This document shows, piece after piece, positions 61,795 through 64,000 of a stretch of 64,000 nt of DNA. Location: contig NW_024704743.1 in NCBI RefSeq assembly GCF_018977255.1, positions 16,680,001-16,744,000 of the forward strand, in the 5' to 3' direction. This DNA is from Callorhinchus milii. Lineage: Eukaryota. The notes beneath the pieces were generated by a model that ran no database searches, was not told where the DNA came from, and saw only the letters and a program-made list of their open reading frames with translations. The translations under genes were made by a program, and so were the position numbers. Within the stretch, counting starts at the first letter, position 1; each line of letters begins with the position of its first letter.

Positions 61795-62115
61795 ACAACA
61801 ACAACAACTTGCATTTATATAGCACCCTTCACACAGAGTAGAGCCTTGGAGCACTTAACAGTGGAGGAGCCTGATGCAGAGCCAGGGGGGAGAAGACCTT
61901 AAGCATGGTCAAAGAGGAAGATCATCAGGCGTGATCTGAAAATGGGGAGTGAGGGGACAAGGCGGAGGGACTGAGGAAGAGAGTTTCAAAGTTTTGGGGC
62001 ATGGTGGCTGAAAGCACGATTGTTGATGCTTTAGTGGACGGGACAAGGGACAAGCAAGCAGCCAGAGCCAGCCGAACGGTGGCAGCTGGTGGTAGAGTGG
62101 CAAGTAAGCAGATCA
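61795..62115 (-). mobile_element. L2-type LINE 3' fragment
   Basis: (CAA)n cttgcatttatatagc tail. Confidence 0.7.
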
Positions 62116-62664
62116 AATGTTTTCTCCTAGAAATAAATTCAATCCTAATTGAGAAAATATCAACAATGGATTTCTTTCTTTTATACACAAACGTGCCTGT
62201 AATCTAACTCTTGCCGAGTTGAACTCTCTTGAAGGTTTGCCAGCAAAGAATTCATTTTAACATGTTGCTTGCCAAAGAAAAGGAATTTTGACCTGTAATA
62301 TTAATGAAAAATAACCTTCTTTTACTTTATGCTGATTAAGACCAATGAGACATTTCATTAATGGGAGTTTTGTCTAGATTCAGAAGTGAAATAAACCTCA
62401 ATGATTCTGTTTGTAAGACATAAATCAACATCAAAGTAAGTGACCAAGCGGTCTATGTTTATTGAGTATATCAGGTTGGGTATCAGACTGCTCCACCTTG
62501 CCTGATGTAGAATAGGAGGCAGTTTTATACAATCGGGTGATTTACAAAAAAAGTTAAAAACAATGGATGGCTTTGTAGCTTTACCAGCAGAGCACTGCAC
62601 TCCCAGCAACAAGGTTATGAATTTGAAACCAAGCCTCAATTGGAAGTAAAAGCTGGTCCTCAAT

Positions 62665-63900
62665 CCGTGCCATGACCTGCTCTGCCTTTCTCCACCTCCG
62701 TAACATCACCCGGCTCCCCACTGTCTCACACCGCAGGCCGATGAAACCCTCATACACGCATTCATAATATCCAGGCTTTACTACACAAACTCCTTGCTTG
62801 TCGGCCTCCCCAACTCTGACCTCCATAGGCTGCAGGTCATCCAGAACTCTATGTCATCTGCCACACCAGGCTCCGTGACCCTATCACTCCCCATTCTCAC
62901 CCGACTTCACTAGCTTCCCATCACACAGAGGATACAGTTCAAGATTGTGGTTCTCACCTTCAAAGCCCTCGATGGCCTTGCTCCCCCCTACTTCTATGAC
63001 CTCCTAACACCCTATCAGCCTGCCTGCTCCCTCCGCTCAAGCAGGCTCTGACCTACTTCACGTCCCCCGCCTACCCCACCATTGGCGGGCTGGTCCTCAG
63101 CCACTCTACCCCCACCCTCTGGTGCTCCATCCCGCAGTCCCTCCATCTCGCCCCCTCCCTTGCCTCCTTCAACACCCATCTCAAAACCCTCCTCTTCGAC
63201 CATGCTTTTGATCACTCTCTATTCCCACTTGCCCTCCACCCTCCTTAATCCTAACCCCCAGTTCGGGTCCGAAACATTGACTGTCCAGACCTTGGGATGT
63301 CCTCCCAACATGAAAGATGCTATACAAATGTAATTTTGTTGTTGTTGTTGTTGTTTGCTCTCATCTAGGACTTGATGGGCGACAGGCAGTCTGGGAGGAT
63401 AGCAGTGGTCCTGGAATTGAGGGTGGAGGCAGACAGGTACAGTTCTGCATACATGTGGGAAGTTGACCCCCTGTCTGCAGATGATGTCACCAAGAGGGAG
63501 CATGTAGATATTGGGCCAAGGACAGAGCCCTGAGGGACGCTACACGTGACAGTGTAGGGACTGGGGAAGAAGCCATTCGTGATGACAAAGTGGAGACGGT
63601 GAGCAAAGTAGGATTCAAACCAGGCAAGGACAGGTCTGTGAAGGTTGAGCTGAGAGGACAGGCAATGTAGGATGACAGAATGGTAGGCAGGGTCGAAGGC
63701 AGCAAAGAGGTCAAGTAGGATAAGGAGGCAGAGAGAGCCCTGGTTGCAGATGTTCAGAATGTCTTTAGTGACTTTGATCAGGGCTGTTTCTGTGCTGTGG
63801 GCAGCATGGAAACCCGATTGGAGGGGTTCAGAGAGGGGTGGGGATGGGATTGAGGGAGCAGGTGGTGGGCTTCATTTTTGAGATGACGGAGGTGAGGGAA
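62665..63900. mobile_element. L2 3' fragment (+ 62665-63355) and L2 RT-internal fragment (- ~63365-63900)
   Basis: Homology to 46325; the minus-strand piece gives degenerate RT motifs (QSGFHAAHSTETALIKV, LILLDLFAAFD, GVPQGS-like). Confidence 0.75.
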
Positions 63901-64000
63901 AAAGGGGAGACAGGAAGCTTGCCATATCTATACAAAAGCAAGCAATGTTGAGTTTCTATTGTATTATTCTCTAATTCACAGGTCATTCTGGTTTCATTAT

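Noticed and set aside
34000..64000. COL6A1 or another neighbouring gene upstream
   Set aside because: I found no Gly-X-Y or VWA exons or other coherent exon series; isolated small exons of an unknown gene cannot be excluded by eye.

Overview
Vertebrate genomic DNA, probably from a cartilaginous fish (possibly a chimaera), judged only from the repeat content: Deu-domain SINEs, a young tRNA-headed SINE, L2 and CR1 LINE tails and a Penelope relic. The only protein-coding gene I can support is a complete, intact collagen VI alpha-2-like gene on the minus strand. It has 28 coding exons (ATG at 31768, TGA at 6034-6032; 3081 nt, 1026 aa): signal peptide, VWA N1, a 335-aa triple helix with the conserved Cys89, then VWA C1 and C2. 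A poly(A) signal lies at 5316-5321 and a candidate non-coding exon 1 with a TATA-like box near 33.5 kb. The chain is unusual for alpha2(VI): two Gly-X-Y glycines are replaced (His in triplet 13, Asn in triplet 67); the His-bearing exon ends in a weak GC donor; an extra intron splits the mammalian 90-bp exon into 54+36; N1 carries alpha1(VI)-like motifs; both C2 flanking cysteines are lost; and the helix is proline-poor with a single RGD. It may be a divergent alpha2-like paralog. The upstream ~30 kb looks gene-free and holds interspersed repeats, palindromic MITE-like elements and a 32-bp minisatellite. No CRISPR array or prokaryote-type system is present. All comparisons to human sequences are from memory and need alignment to confirm; repeat boundaries are approximate.
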